Of a DNA stretch of 64,000 nucleotides, positions 11,470 through 24,100 are shown piece by piece. A model generated the notes under the pieces. The model made no database searches. It saw nothing but the letters and a program-made list of their open reading frames with translations, and had not been told where the DNA came from. The position numbers and the translations under genes were made by a program. The stretch is taken from assembly GCA_964016885.1 (NCBI GenBank), contig OZ024743.1, forward strand, positions 133,486,001 through 133,550,000, read 5' to 3'. The DNA is from Eledone cirrhosa. Lineage: Eukaryota. Every line of letters begins with the position of its first letter. Position 1 is the stretch's first letter.

Positions 11470-14400
11470 CTTGATGCTTGGTGTTTGGTGTTTGGTGCTT
11501 GGTGCTTGGTGCTTGGTGATTAGTGTTTGGTGCTTGGTGCTTAGTGTTTTGTGCTTGGTGTTTGGTGCTTGGTGCTTGGTGTTTGGTGTTTGGTGCTTGG
11601 TGCTTGGGGCTTGGTGTTTGGTGCTTAGTGTTTGGTGCTTGGTGTTTGGTGCTTGGCGCTTGGTGCTTGGTGTTTGGTGTATGGTGTTTGGTGCTTGGTG
11701 TTTGGTGCTTGGTGCTTGGTGCTGGGTGGTTGGTGTTTGGTGTTTGGTGCTTGGTGATTGGTGCTTATTGTTTGGTGCTTGGTGCTTGGTGCTTGGTGCT
11801 TGGTCTTTGGTGCTTGGTGTTTGGTGTTTGGTGCTTGGTGCTTGGTGCTTGGTGATTAGTGTTTGGTGCTTGGTGCTTGGTGCCTGGTGCTTGGTGCTTG
11901 GTGCTTGTTGTTTGGTGCTTGGTGCTTGGTGATTAGTGTTTGGTGCTTGGTGCTTGGGGTTTGGTGTTTGGTGCTTGGTGTTTGGTGTTTGGTGCTTGGT
12001 GCTTGGTGTTTGGTGCTTGGTGCTTGGTGTTTGGTGCTTGGTGCTTTGTGTTTGGTGCTTGGTGTTTGGTGCTTGGTGCTTGGTGCTTGGTGCTTGGTGT
12101 TAGGTGTTTGGTGCTTGGTGATTGGTGTTTGATGTTAGGTTCTTGGTGCTTGGTGTTTGGTGTTTGGTGCTTGGTGCTTGGTGTTTGGTGTTTGGTGCTT
12201 GGTGTTTGGTGCTTGGTGTTTTGTGTTTGGAGTTTGGTGCTTGGTGTTTGGTGCTTGGTGCTTGGTGTTTGGTGTTTGGTGTTTGGTGTTTGGTGATTGG
12301 TGCTTTGTGTTTGGTGCTTGGTGCTTGGTGCTTGGTTCTTGGTGTTAGGCGTTTGGTGCTTGGAGCTTGGTGTTTGATGTTTGGTCCTTGGTGCTTGGTG
12401 TTTGGTATTTGGAGCTTGGTGCTTGGTGTTTGGTGTTTGGTGCTTGCTGCTTGCTGCTTGGTGTTTGGTGCTAGGGACTTGGTGCTTGGTGCTTGGTGTT
12501 TGGTGCTTGGTGTTTGGTGTTTGGTGCTTGGTGCGTGGGACTTGGTGTTTGGTGCTTGGTGTTTGGTGCTTGGTGTTTGGTGCTTGGTGCCTGGTGCTTG
12601 GTGTTTGGTGTTTGATGCTTGGTGTTTGGTGCTTGGTGTTTGGTACTTGGTGTTCGGTGCTTGGTGCTTGGTGCTTGGTGCTTGGTGTTTGGTGTTTGGT
12701 GCTTGGTGCTTGGTGTTTGATGTTTGGTCCTTGGTGCTTGGTGTTTGGTGTTGTGTGCTTGGTGCTTGGTGCTTGGTGTTTGGTGCTTGGTGCTTGGTGC
12801 TTGGTGTTTGGCGTTTGCTGTTTGCTGTTTGGTGTTTGGTGTTTGCTGTTTGGTGTTTGCTGTTTGGTGTTTGGTGTTTGGTGCTTGGTGCTTGGTGTTT
12901 GGTGCTTGGTGCTTGGTGCTTGGTGTTTGGTCCTTGGTGCTTGGTGCTTGGTCTTTGGTGCTTGGGTTTTGGTGTTTTGTGCTTGGTGCTTGGTGTTTGG
13001 TGCTTGGTGCTTGGTGCTTGGTGCTTGGTGTTTGGTGCTTGCTGTTTGGTGCTTGGTGTTTGGTGCTTGGTGCTTGGTGATTAGTGTTTGGTGCTTGGTG
13101 CTTCGGGTTTGGTGTTTGGGGCTTGGTGTTTGGTGCTTGGTGCTTGCTGTTTGGTGATTGGTGTTTGGTTCTTGGTGCTTGGTGTTTGGTGTTTGGTGTT
13201 TGGTGCTTGGTGCTTGGTGCTTGGTGTTTGGTGCTTGGTGCTTGGTGCTTGGTGTTTGGTGCTGCGTGCTTGGTGTTTGGTGTTTGGTGCTTGGTGCCTG
13301 GTGCCTGTTGTTTGGTGTTTGGTGCTTAGTGCTTGGTGTTTGGTGTTTGGTGCTTGGTGCTTGGTGGCTGGTGTTTGGTGCTTGGTGTTTGGAGTTTGGT
13401 GCTTGGTGCTTGGTGCCTGGTGTTTCGTGCTTGGTGCTTGGTGCTTGGTGTTTGGTGCTTGGTGCTTCTTGCTTGGTGTTTGGTGCTTGGTGTTTGATGC
13501 TGCGTGCTTGGTGTTTGGTGTTTGGTGCTTGGTGCTTGGTGTTTGGTGTTTGGAGCTTGGTGCCTGGTGCTTGTTGTTTGGTGTTTGGCGCTTGGTGCTT
13601 GGTGTTTGGTGTTTGGTGCTTGGTGCTTGGTGCTTGGTATCTGGTGTTTGGTGCTTGATGTTTGGTGTTTGGTGCTTGGTGTTTGGTGTTTGGTGCTTGG
13701 TGCTTGGTGTTTGGTGCTTGGTGTTTGGTGCTTGGTGTTTGATGCTTGGTGTTTGCTGCTTGGTGCTTGGTGCTTGGTGTTTTGTGTTTGGTGCTTGGTG
13801 CTTGGTGCCTGGTGCTTGGTGCTTGGTGCTTGTTGTTTGGTGCTTGGTGCTTGGTGATTAGTGTTTGGTGCTTGGTGCTTGCGGTTTGGTGTTTGGTGCT
13901 TGGAGTTTGGTGTTTGGTGCTTGGTGCTTGGTGTTTGGTGCTTGGTGCTTGGTGCTTGGTGTTTGGTGCTTGGTGCTTGGTGTTTGGTGCTTGGTGCTTG
14001 GTGTTTGGTGTTTGGCGTTTGCTGTTTGCTGTTTGGTGTTTGGTGTTTGCTGTTTGGTGTTTGCTGTTTGGTGTTTGGTGTTTGGTGCTTGCTGTTTGGT
14101 GCTTGGTGCTTGGTGTTTGGTGTTTGGTGTTTGGTGCTTGGTGCTTGGTGTTTGGTGCTTGGTGCTTGGTGCTGGGTGTTTGGTGCTTGGTGCTTGGTGT
14201 TTGGTTGTTGGTGCTTGGTGCTTGGTGTTTGGTCCTTGGTGCTTGGTGCTTGGTCTTTGGTGCTTGGGTTTTGGTGTTTGGTGCTTGGTGCTTGGTGTTT
14301 GGTGCTTGGTTCTTGGTGCTTGGTGCTTGGTGTTTGGTGATTGCTGCTTGGTGCTTGGTGTTTGGTGCTTGGTGCTTGGTGATTAGTGTTTGGTGATTGG

Positions 14401-15110
14401 TGCTTGGGGTTTGCTGTTTGGTGCTTGGTGTTTGGTGCTTGGTGCTTGCTGTTTGGTGTTTGGTGTTTGGTTCTTGGTGCTTGGTGTTTGGTGTTTGGTG
14501 TTTGGTGCTTGGTGCTTAGTGCTTGGTGTTTGGTGCTTGGTGCTTGGTGCTTGGTGTTTGGTGCTGCGTGCTTGGTGTTTGGTGTTTGGTGCTTGGTGCC
14601 TGTTGCTTGTTGTTTGGTGTTTGGTGCTTAGTGCATGGTGTTTGGTGTTTGGTGCTTGGTGCTTGGTGGCTGGTGCTTGGTGCTTGGTGTTTGGAGTTTG
14701 GTGCTTGGTGCTTGGTGCCTGGTGTTTCGTGCTTGGTGCTTGGTGCTTGGTGTTTGGTGTTTGGTGCTTGGTGTTTGGTGTTTGGAACTTGGTGCTTGGT
14801 GCTTGGTGCTTGGTGTTTGGTGCTTGGTGTTTGATGCTGCGTGCTTGGTGTTTGGTGTTTGGTTCTTGGTGCTTGGTGTTTGGTGTTTGGAGCTTGGTGC
14901 CTGCTGCTTGTTGTTTGGTGTTTGGTGCTTGATGTTTGGTGTTTGTTGCTTGGTGCTTGGTGCTTGGTGTTTGGTGTTTGGTGCTTGGTGCTTGGTGTTT
15001 GGAGCTTGGTGTTTGGTGTTTGGTGTTTGATGCTTGGTGTTTGCTGCTTGGTGCTTGGTGCTTGGTGTTTTGTGTTTGGTGCTTGGTGCTTGGTGCCTGG
15101 TGCTTGGTGC
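11470..15110 (+). repeat. Further copy of the 3.4-3.7 kb higher-order unit (offset 3,640-3,682 bp from about 7790-11470)
   Basis: ORF pairs 7841/11523 (+3682); 8265/11940, 8447/12122 and 9409/13084 (+3675); 9864/13504 and 10746/14386 (+3640). All offsets are multiples of 7. Confidence 0.88.
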
Positions 15111-18100
15111 TTGGTGCTTGTTGTTTGGTGCTTGGTGCTTGGTGATTAGTGTTTGGTGCTTGGTGCTTGCGGTTTGATGTTTGGTGCTTGGGGTTTGGTG
15201 TTTGGTGCTTGGTGCTTGGTGTTTGGTGCTTGGTGCTTGGTGCTTGGTGTTTGGTGCTTGGTGCTTGGTGTTTGGTGCTTGGTGCTTGGTGTTTGGTGCT
15301 TGGTGTTTGGTGCTTGGTGCTTGGTGCTTGGTGCTTGGTGTTAGGTGTTTGGTGCTTGGTGCTTGGTGTTTGATGTTTGGTCCTTGGTGCTTGGTGTTTG
15401 GTGTTTGGTGCTTGGTGCTTGGTGTTTGGTGTTTGGTGCTTGCTGCTTGCTGCTTGGTGTTTGGTGCTTGGTGATTGGTGCTTGGTGTTTTGTGCTTGGT
15501 GCTTGGTGTTTGGTGTTTGGTGCTAGGGGCTTGGTGCTTGGTGCTTGGTGTTTGGTGCTTGGTGCTTGCTGTTTGGTGTTTGGTGCTTGGTGCGTGGGAC
15601 TTAGTGTTTGGTGTTTGGTGCTTGGTGTTGGGTGCTTGGTGTTTGGTGCTTGGTGTTTGGTGCTTGGTGCTTGGTGCTTGGTGCTTGGGGCTTGGTGTTT
15701 GGTGTTTGGTGCTTGGTGCTTGGTGTTTGATGTTTGGTGCTTGGTGCTTGGGGCTTGGTGTTTGGTGCTTCTGCTTGGGGCTTGGTAGTTGGTGCTTGGT
15801 GCTTGGTGCCTGGTGTTTGGTGTTTGGTGTTTGGTGCTTGGTGTATGGTGCTTGGTGCTTGGTGCTGGGTGGTTGGTGTTTGGTGCTTGGTGCTTGGTGT
15901 TTGGTGCTTGGTGCTTGGTGCTTGTTGTTTGGTGCTTGGTGCTTGGTGCTTGGTCTTTGGTGCATGGTGTTTGGTGTTTGATGTTTGGTCCTTGGTGCTT
16001 GGTGTTTGGTGTTGTGTGCTTGGTGCTTGGTGCTTGGTGTTTGGTGCTTGGTGCTTGGTGCTTGGTGTTTGGCGTTTGCTGTTTGCTGTTTGGTGTTTGG
16101 TGTTTGCTGTTTGGTGTTTGCTGTTTGGTGTTTGGTGTTTGGTGCTTGGTGCTTGGTGTTTGGTGCTTGGTGCTTGGTGCTTGGTGTTTGGTCCTTGGTG
16201 CTTGGTGCTTGGTCTTTGGTGCTTGGGTTTTGGTGTTTGGTGCTTGGTGCTTGGTGTTTGGTGCTTGGTGCTTGGTGCTTGGTGCTTGGTGTTTGGTGCT
16301 TGCTGTTTGGTGCTTGGTGTTTGGTGCTTGGTGCTTGGTGATTAGTGTTTGGTGCTTGGTGCTTCGGGTTTGGTGTTTGGGGCTTGGTGTTTGGTGCTTG
16401 GTGCTTGCTGTTTGGTGATTGGTGTTTGGTTCTTGGTGCTTGGTGTTTGGTGTTTGGTGTTTGGTGCTTGGTGCTTGGTGCTTGGTGTTTGGTGCTTGGT
16501 GCTTGGTGCTTGGTGTTTGGTGCTGCGTGCTTGGTGTTTGGTGTTTGGTGCTTGGTGCCTGGTGCCTGTTGTTTGGTGTTTGGTGCTTAGTGCTTGGTGT
16601 TTGGTGTTTGGTGCTTGGTGCTTGGTGGCTGGTGTTTGGTGCTTGGTGTTTGGAGTTTGGTGCTTGGTGCTTGGTGCCTGGTGTTTCGTGCTTGGTGCTT
16701 GGTGCTTGGTGTTTGGTGTATGGTGCTTGGTGTTTGGTGTTTGGTACTTGGTGCTTGGTGCTTCTTGCTTGGTGTTTGGTGCTTGGTGTTTGATGCTGCG
16801 TGCTTGGTGTTTGGTGTTTGGTGCTTGGTGCTTGGTGTTTGGTGTTTGGAGCTTGGTGCCTGGTGCTTGTTGTTTGGTGTTTGGCGCTTGGTGCTTGGTG
16901 TTTGGTGTTTGGTGCTTGGTGCTTGGTGCTTGGTATCTGGTGTTTGGTGCTTGATGTTTGGTGTTTGGTTCTTGGTGTTTGGTGTTTGGTGCTTGGTGCT
17001 TGGTGTTTGGTGCTTGGTGTTTGGTGCTTGGTGTTTGATGCTTGGTGTTTGCTGCTTGGTGCTTGGTGCTTGGTGTTTTGTGTTTGGTGCTTGGTGCTTG
17101 GTGCCTGGTGCTTGGTGCTTGGTGCTTGTTGTTTGGTGCTTGGTGCTTGGTGATTAGTGTTTGGTGCTTGGTGCTTGCGGTTTGGTGTTTGGTGCTTGGA
17201 GTTTGGTGTTTGGTGCTTGGTGCTTGGTGTTTGGTGCTTGGTGCTTGGTGCTTGGTGTTTGGTGCTTGGTGCTTGGTGTTTGGTGCTTGGTGCTTGGTGT
17301 TTGGTGTTTGGCGTTTGCTGTTTGCTGTTTGGTGTTTGGTGTTTGCTGTTTGGTGTTTGCTGTTTGGTGTTTGGTGTTTGGTGCTTGCTGTTTGGTGCTT
17401 GGTGCTTGGTGTTTGGTGTTTGGTGTTTGGTGCTTGGTGCTTGGTGTTTGGTGCTTGGTGCTTGGTGCTGGGTGTTTGGTGCTTGGTGCTTGGTGTTTGG
17501 TTGTTGGTGCTTGGTGCTTGGTGTTTGGTCCTTGGTGCTTGGTGCTTGGTCTTTGGTGCTTGGGTTTTGGTGTTTGGTGCTTGGTGCTTGGTGTTTGGTG
17601 CTTGGTTCTTGGTGCTTGGTGCTTGGTGTTTGGTGATTGCTGCTTGGTGCTTGGTGTTTGGTGCTTGGTGCTTGGTGATTAGTGTTTGGTGATTGGTGCT
17701 TGGGGTTTGCTGTTTGGTGCTTGGTGTTTGGTGCTTGGTGCTTGCTGTTTGGTGTTTGGTGTTTGGTTCTTGGTGCTTGGTGTTTGGTGTTTGGTGTTTG
17801 GTGCTTGGTGCTTAGTGCTTGGTGTTTGGTGCTTGGTGCTTGGTGCTTGGTGTTTGGTGCTGCGTGCTTGGTGTTTGGTGTTTGGTGCTTGGTGCCTGTT
17901 GCTTGTTGTTTGGTGTTTGGTGCTTAGTGCATGGTGTTTGGTGTTTGGTGCTTGGTGCTTGGTGGCTGGTGCTTGGTGCTTGCTGTTTGGAGTTTGGTGC
18001 TTGGTGCTTGGTGCCTGGTGTTTCGTGCTTGGTGCTTGGTGCTTGGTGTTTGGTGTTTGGTGCTTGGTGTTTGGTGTTTGGAACTTGGTGCTTGGTGCTT

Positions 18101-21100
18101 GGTGCTTGGTGTTTGGTGCTTGGTGTTTGATGCTGCGTGCTTGGTGTTTGGTGTTTGGTTCTTGGTGCTTGGTGTTTGGTGTTTGGAGCTTGGTGCCTGC
18201 TGCTTGTTGTTTGGTGTTTGGTGCTTGATGTTTGGTGTTTGTTGCTTGGTGCTTGGTGCTTGGTCTTTGGTGTTTGGTGCTTGGTGCTTGGTGTTTGGAG
18301 CTTGGTGTTTGGTGTTTGGTGTTTGATGCTTGGTGTTTGCTGCTTGGTGCTTGGTGCTTGGTGTTTTGTGTTTGGTGCTTGGTGCTTGGTGCCTGGTGCT
18401 TGGTGCTTGGTGCTTGTTGTTTGGTGCTTGGTGCTTGGTGATTAGTGTTTGGTGCTTGGTGCTTGCGGTTTGATGTTTGGTGCTTGGGGTTTGGTGTTTG
18501 GTGCTTGGTGCTTGGTGTTTGGTGCTTGGTGCTTGGTGCTTGGTGTTTGGTGCTTGGTGCTTGGTGTTTGGTGCTTGGTGCTTGGTGTTTGGTGCTTGGT
18601 GTTTGGTGCTTGGTGCTTGGTGCTTGGTGCTTGGTGTTAGGTGTTTGGTGCTTGGTGCTTGGTGTTTGATGTTTGGTCCTTGGTGCTTGGTGTTTGGTGT
18701 TTGGTGCTTGGTGCTTGGTGTTTGGTGTTTGGTGCTTGCTGCTTGCTGCTTGGTGTTTGGTGCTTGGTGATTGGTGCTTGGTGTTTTGTGCTTGGTGCTT
18801 GGTGTTTGGTGTTTGGTGCTAGGGGCTTGGTGCTTGGTGCTTGGTGTTTGGTGCTTGGTTCTTGCTGTTTGGTGTTTGGTGCTTGGTGCGTGGGACTTAG
18901 TGTTTCGTGTTTGGTGCTTGGTGTTGGGTGCTTGGTGTTTGGTGCTTGGTGTTTGGTGCTTGGTGCTTGGTGCTTGGTGCTTGGGGCTTGGTGTTTGGTG
19001 TTTGGTGCTTGGTGCTTGGTGTTTGATGTTTGGTGCTTGGTGCTTGGGGCTTGGTGTTTGGTGCTTCTGCTTGGGGCTTGGTAGTTGGTGCTTGGTGCTT
19101 GGTGCCTGGTGTTTGGTGTTTGGTGTTTGGTGCTTGGTGTATGGTGCTTGGTGCTTGGTGCTGGGTGGTTGGTGTTTGGTGCTTGGTGCTTGGTGTTTGG
19201 TGCTTGGTGCTTGGTGCTTGTTGTTTGGTGCTTGGTGCTTGGTGCTTGGTCTTTGGTGCATGGTGTTTGGTGTTTCGCGCTTGGTGCTTGGTGCTTCGTG
19301 ATTGGTGCTTGGTGCTTGGTGCTTGGTGTTTGGTGCTTGGTGCTTGGTGATTAGTGTTTGTTGCTTGGTGCTTGGGGTTTGGTGGTTGGTGCTTGGTGCT
19401 TGGTGTTTGGTGTTTGGTGTTTGCTGTTTGCTGTTTGGTGTCTGCTTTTTGGTGTTTGGTGTTTGCTGTATGGTGTTTGCTGTTTCGTATTTGGTTTTTG
19501 CTGTTTGGTGTTTGGTGTTTGCTGTTTGGTGTTTGGTGTTTGGTGTTTGGTGCTTGGTGCTTGGTGTTTGGCGTTTGGTGCTTGGTGCTTGGTGTTTGGT
19601 GGTTGGTGCTTGGTGTTTGGTGTTTGGTGCTTGGTGCCTGGTGCTTGTTGTATGGTGTTTGGTGCTTGGTGCTTGGTGTTTGGTGTTTGCTGCTTGGTGT
19701 CTGGTGTTTGGTGCTTGGTGTTTGGTGTTTGGTGCTTGGTGTATGGTGCTTGGTGCTTGGTGCTGGGTGGTTGGTGTTTGGTGCTTGGTGCTTGGTGTTT
19801 GGTGCTTGGTGCTTGGTGCTTGTTGTTTGGTGCTTGGTGCTTGGTGCTTGGTCTTTGGTGCATGGTGTTTGGTGTTTGGCGCTTGGTGCTTGGTGCTTCG
19901 TGATTGGTGCTTGGTGCTTGGTGCTTGGTGTTTGGTGCTTGGTGCTTGGTGATTAGTGTTTGTTGCTTGGTGCTTGGGGTTTGGTGGTTGGTGCTTGGTG
20001 CTTGGTGTTTGGTGTTTGCTGTTTGGTGTCTGCTTTTTGGTGTTTGGTGTTTGCTGTATGGTGTTTGCTGTTTCGTATTTGGTTTTTGCTGTTTGGTGTT
20101 TGGTGTTTGCTGTTTGGTGTTTGGTGTTTGGTGTTTGGTGCTTGGTGCTTGGTGTTTGGCGTTTGGTGCTTGGTGCTTGGTGTTTGGTGCTTGGTGCTTG
20201 GTGTTTGGTGTTTGGTGCTTGGTGCCTGGTGCTTGTTGTATGGTGTTTGGTGCTTGGTGCTTGGTGTTTGGTGTTTGGTGCTTGGTGCTTGGTGTTTGGT
20301 GTTTGGTGCTGGGTGCATGGCGTTTGGTGTTTGGTGCTTAGTGCTTGGTGTTTGGTGTTTGATGCTTGGTGTGTGGTGCTTGGTGCTTGGTGTTTTGTGT
20401 TTGGTGCTTGGTGCTTGGTGCCTGGTGCTTGGTGCCTGGTGCTTGGTGTTTGGTGTTTGATGCTTGGTGTTTGGTGTTTGGTGTTTGGTACTTGGTGTTC
20501 GGTACTTGGTGCTTGGTGCTTGGTGCTTGGTGTTTGGTTGTTGGTGCTTGGTGCTTGGTGTTTGGTCCTTGGTGCTTGGTGCTTGGTCTTTGGTGCTTGG
20601 GTTTTGGTGTTTGGTGCTTGGTGCTTGGTGTTTGGTGCTTGGTTCTTGGTGCTTGGTGCTTGGTGTTTGGTGATTGCTGCTTGGTGCTTGGTGTTTGGTG
20701 CTTGGTGCTTGGTGATTAGTGTTTGGTGATTGGTGCTTGGGGTTTGCTGTTTGGTGCTTGGTGTTTGGTGCTTGGTGCTTGCTGTTTGGTGTTTGGTGTT
20801 TGGTTCTTGGTGCTTGGTGTTTGGTGTTTGGTGTTTGGTGCTTGGTGCTTAGTGCTTGGTGTTTGGTGCTTGGTGCTTGGTGCTTGGTGTTTGGTGCTGC
20901 GTGCTTGGTGTTTGGTGTTTGGTGCTTGGTGCCTGTTGCTTGTTGTTTGGTGTTTGGTGCTTAGTGCATGGTGTTTGGTGTTTGGTGCTTGGTGCTTGGT
21001 GGCTGGTGCTTGGTGCTTGGTGTTTGGAGTTTGGTGCTTGGTGCTTGGTGCCTGGTGTTTCGTGCTTGGTGCTTGGTGCTTGGTGTTTGGTGTTTGGTGC

Positions 21101-24100
21101 TTGGTGTTTGGTGTTTGGAACTTGGTGCTTGGTGCTTGGTGCTTGGTGTTTGGTGCTTGGTGTTTGATGCTGCGTGCTTGGTGTTTGGTGTTTGGTTCTT
21201 GGTGCTTGGTGTTTGGTGTTTGGAGCTTGGTGCCTGCTGCTTGTTGTTTGGTGTTTGGTGCTTGATGTTTGGTGTTTGTTGCTTGGTGCTTGGTGCTTGG
21301 TGTTTGGTGTTTGGTGCTTGGTGCTTGGTGTTTGGAGCTTGGTGTTTGGTGTTTGGTGTTTGATGCTTGGTGTTTGCTGCTTGGTGCTTGGTGCTTGGTG
21401 TTTTGTGTTTGGTGCTTGGTGCTTGGTGCCTGGTGCTTGGTGCTTGGTGCTTGTTGTTTGGTGCTTGGTGCTTGGTGATTAGTGTTTGGTGCTTGGTGCT
21501 TGCGGTTTGATGTTTGGTGCTTGGGGTTTGGTGTTTGGTGCTTGGTGCTTGGTGTTTGGTGCTTGGTGCTTGGTGCTTGGTGTTTGGTGCTTGGTGCTTG
21601 GTGTTTGGTGCTTGGTGCTTGGTGTTTGGTGCTTGGTGTTTGGTGCTTGGTGCTTGGTGCTTGGTGCTTGGTGTTAGGTGTTTGGTGCTTGGTGCTTGGT
21701 GTTTGATGTTTGGTCCTTGGTGCTTGGTGTTTGGTGTTTGGTGCTTGGTGCTTGGTGTTTGGTGTTTGGTGCTTGCTGCTTGCTGCTTGGTGTTTGGTGC
21801 TTGGTGATTGGTGCTTGGTGTTTTGTGCTTGGTGCTTGGTGTTTGGTGTTTGGTGCTAGGGGCTTGGTGCTTGGTGCTTGGTGTTTGGTGCTTGGTGCTT
21901 GCTGTTTGGTGTTTGGTGCTTGGTGCGTGGGACTTAGTGTTTGGTGTTTGGTGCTTGGTGTTGGGTGCTTGGTGTTTGGTGCTTGGTGTTTGGTGCTTGG
22001 TGCTTGGTGCTTGGTGCTTGGGGCTTGGTGTTTGGTGTTTGGTGCTTGGTGCTTGGTGTTTGATGTTTGGTGCTTGGTGCTTGGGGCTTGGTGTTTGGTG
22101 CTTCTGCTTGGGGCTTGGTAGTTGGTGCTTGGTGCTTGGTGCCTGGTGTTTGGTGTTTGGTGTTTGGTGCTTGGTGTATGGTGCTTGGTGCTTGGTGCTG
22201 GGTGGTTGGTGTTTGGTGCTTGGTGCTTGGTGTTTGGTGCTTGGTGCTTGGTGCTTGTTGTTTGGTGCTTGGTGCTTGGTGCTTGGTCTTTGGTGCATGG
22301 TGTTTGGTGTTTGATGTTTGGTCCTTGGTGCTTGGTGTTTGGTGTTGTGTGCTTGGTGCTTGGTGCTTGGTGTTTGGTGCTTGGTGCTTGGTGCTTGGTG
22401 TTTGGCGTTTGCTGTTTGCTGTTTGGTGTTTGGTGTTTGCTGTTTGGTGTTTGCTGTTTGGTGTTTGGTGTTTGGTGCTTGGTGCTTGGTGTTTGGTGCT
22501 TGGTGCTTGGTGCTTGGTGTTTGGTCCTTGGTGCTTGGTGCTTGGTCTTTGGTGCTTGGGTTTTGGTGTTTGGTGCTTGGTGCTTGGTGTTTGGTGCTTG
22601 GTGCTTGGTGCTTGGTGCTTGGTGTTTGGTGCTTGCTGTTTGGTGCTTGGTGTTTGGTGCTTGGTGCTTGGTGATTAGTGTTTGGTGCTTGGTGCTTCGG
22701 GTTTGGTGTTTGGGGCTTGGTGTTTGGTGCTTGGTGCTTGCTGTTTGGTGTTTGGTGTTTGGTGCTTGGTGCTTGGTGCTTGGTGTTTGGTGCTTGGTGC
22801 TTGGTGCTTGGTGTTTGGTGCTGCGTGCTTGGTGTTTGGTGTTTGGTGCTTGGTGCCTGGTGCCTGTTGTTTGGTGTTTGGTGCTTAGTGCTTGGTGTTT
22901 GGTGTTTGGTGCTTGGTGCTTGGTGGCTGGTGTTTGGTGCTTGGTGTTTGGAGTTTGGTGCTTGGTGCTTGGTGCCTGGTGTTTCGTGCTTGGTGCTTGG
23001 TGCTTGGTGTTTGGTGTATGGTGCTTGGTGTTTGGTGTTTGGTACTTGGTGCTTGGTGCTTCTTGCTTGGTGTTTGGTGCTTGGTGTTTGATGCTGCGTG
23101 CTTGGTGTTTGGTGTTTGGTGCTTGGTGCTTGGTGTTTGGTGTTTGGAGCTTGGTGCCTGGTGCTTGTTGTTTGGTGTTTGGCGCTTGGTGCTTGGTGTT
23201 TGGTGTTTGGTGCTTGGTGCTTGGTGCTTGGTATCTGGTGTTTGGTGCTTGATGTTTGGTGTTTGGTTCTTGGTGTTTGGTGTTTGGTGCTTGGTGCTTG
23301 GTGTTTGGTGCTTGGTGTTTGGTGCTTGGTGTTTGATGCTTGGTGTTTGCTGCTTGGTGCTTGGTGCTTGGTGTTTTGTGTTTGGTGCTTGGTGCTTGGT
23401 GCCTGGTGCTTGGTGCTTGGTGCTTGTTGTTTGGTGCTTGGTGCTTGGTGATTAGTGTTTGGTGCTTGGTGCTTGCGGTTTGGTGTTTGGTGCTTGGAGT
23501 TTGGTGTTTGGTGCTTGGTGCTTGGTGTTTGGTGCTTGGTGCTTGGTGCTTGGTGTTTGGTGCTTGGTGCTTGGTGTTTGGTGCTTGGTGCTTGGTGTTT
23601 GGTGTTTGGCGTTTGCTGTTTGCTGTTTGGTGTTTGGTGTTTGCTGTTTGGTGTTTGCTGTTTGGTGTTTGGTGTTTGGTGCTTGCTGTTTGGTGCTTGG
23701 TGCTTGGTGTTTGGTGTTTGGTGTTTGGTGCTTGGTGCTTGGTGTTTGGTGCTTGGTGCTTGGTGCTGGGTGTTTGGTGCTTGGTGCTTGGTGTTTGGTT
23801 GTTGGTGCTTGGTGCTTGGTGTTTGGTCCTTGGTGCTTGGTGCTTGGTCTTTGGTGCTTGGGTTTTGGTGTTTGGTGCTTGGTGCTTGGTGTTTGGTGCT
23901 TGGTTCTTGGTGCTTGGTGCTTGGTGTTTGGTGATTGCTGCTTGGTGCTTGGTGTTTGGTGCTTGGTGCTTGGTGATTAGTGTTTGGTGATTGGTGCTTG
24001 GGGTTTGCTGTTTGGTGCTTGGTGTTTGGTGCTTGGTGCTTGCTGTTTGGTGTTTGGTGTTTGGTTCTTGGTGCTTGGTGTTTGGTGTTTGGTGTTTGGT

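Noticed and set aside
14628-15965. Repeated 445-aa minus-strand ORF (also 17924-19261 and 20961-22298) and other long PSTKHQ ORFs as a mucin-like or CTD-like gene family
   Set aside because: Length reflects the lack of T on that strand, the ATG comes from a GCAT variant monomer, and recurrence follows the block duplications. The heptad is unrelated to the Pol II CTD YSPTSPS.
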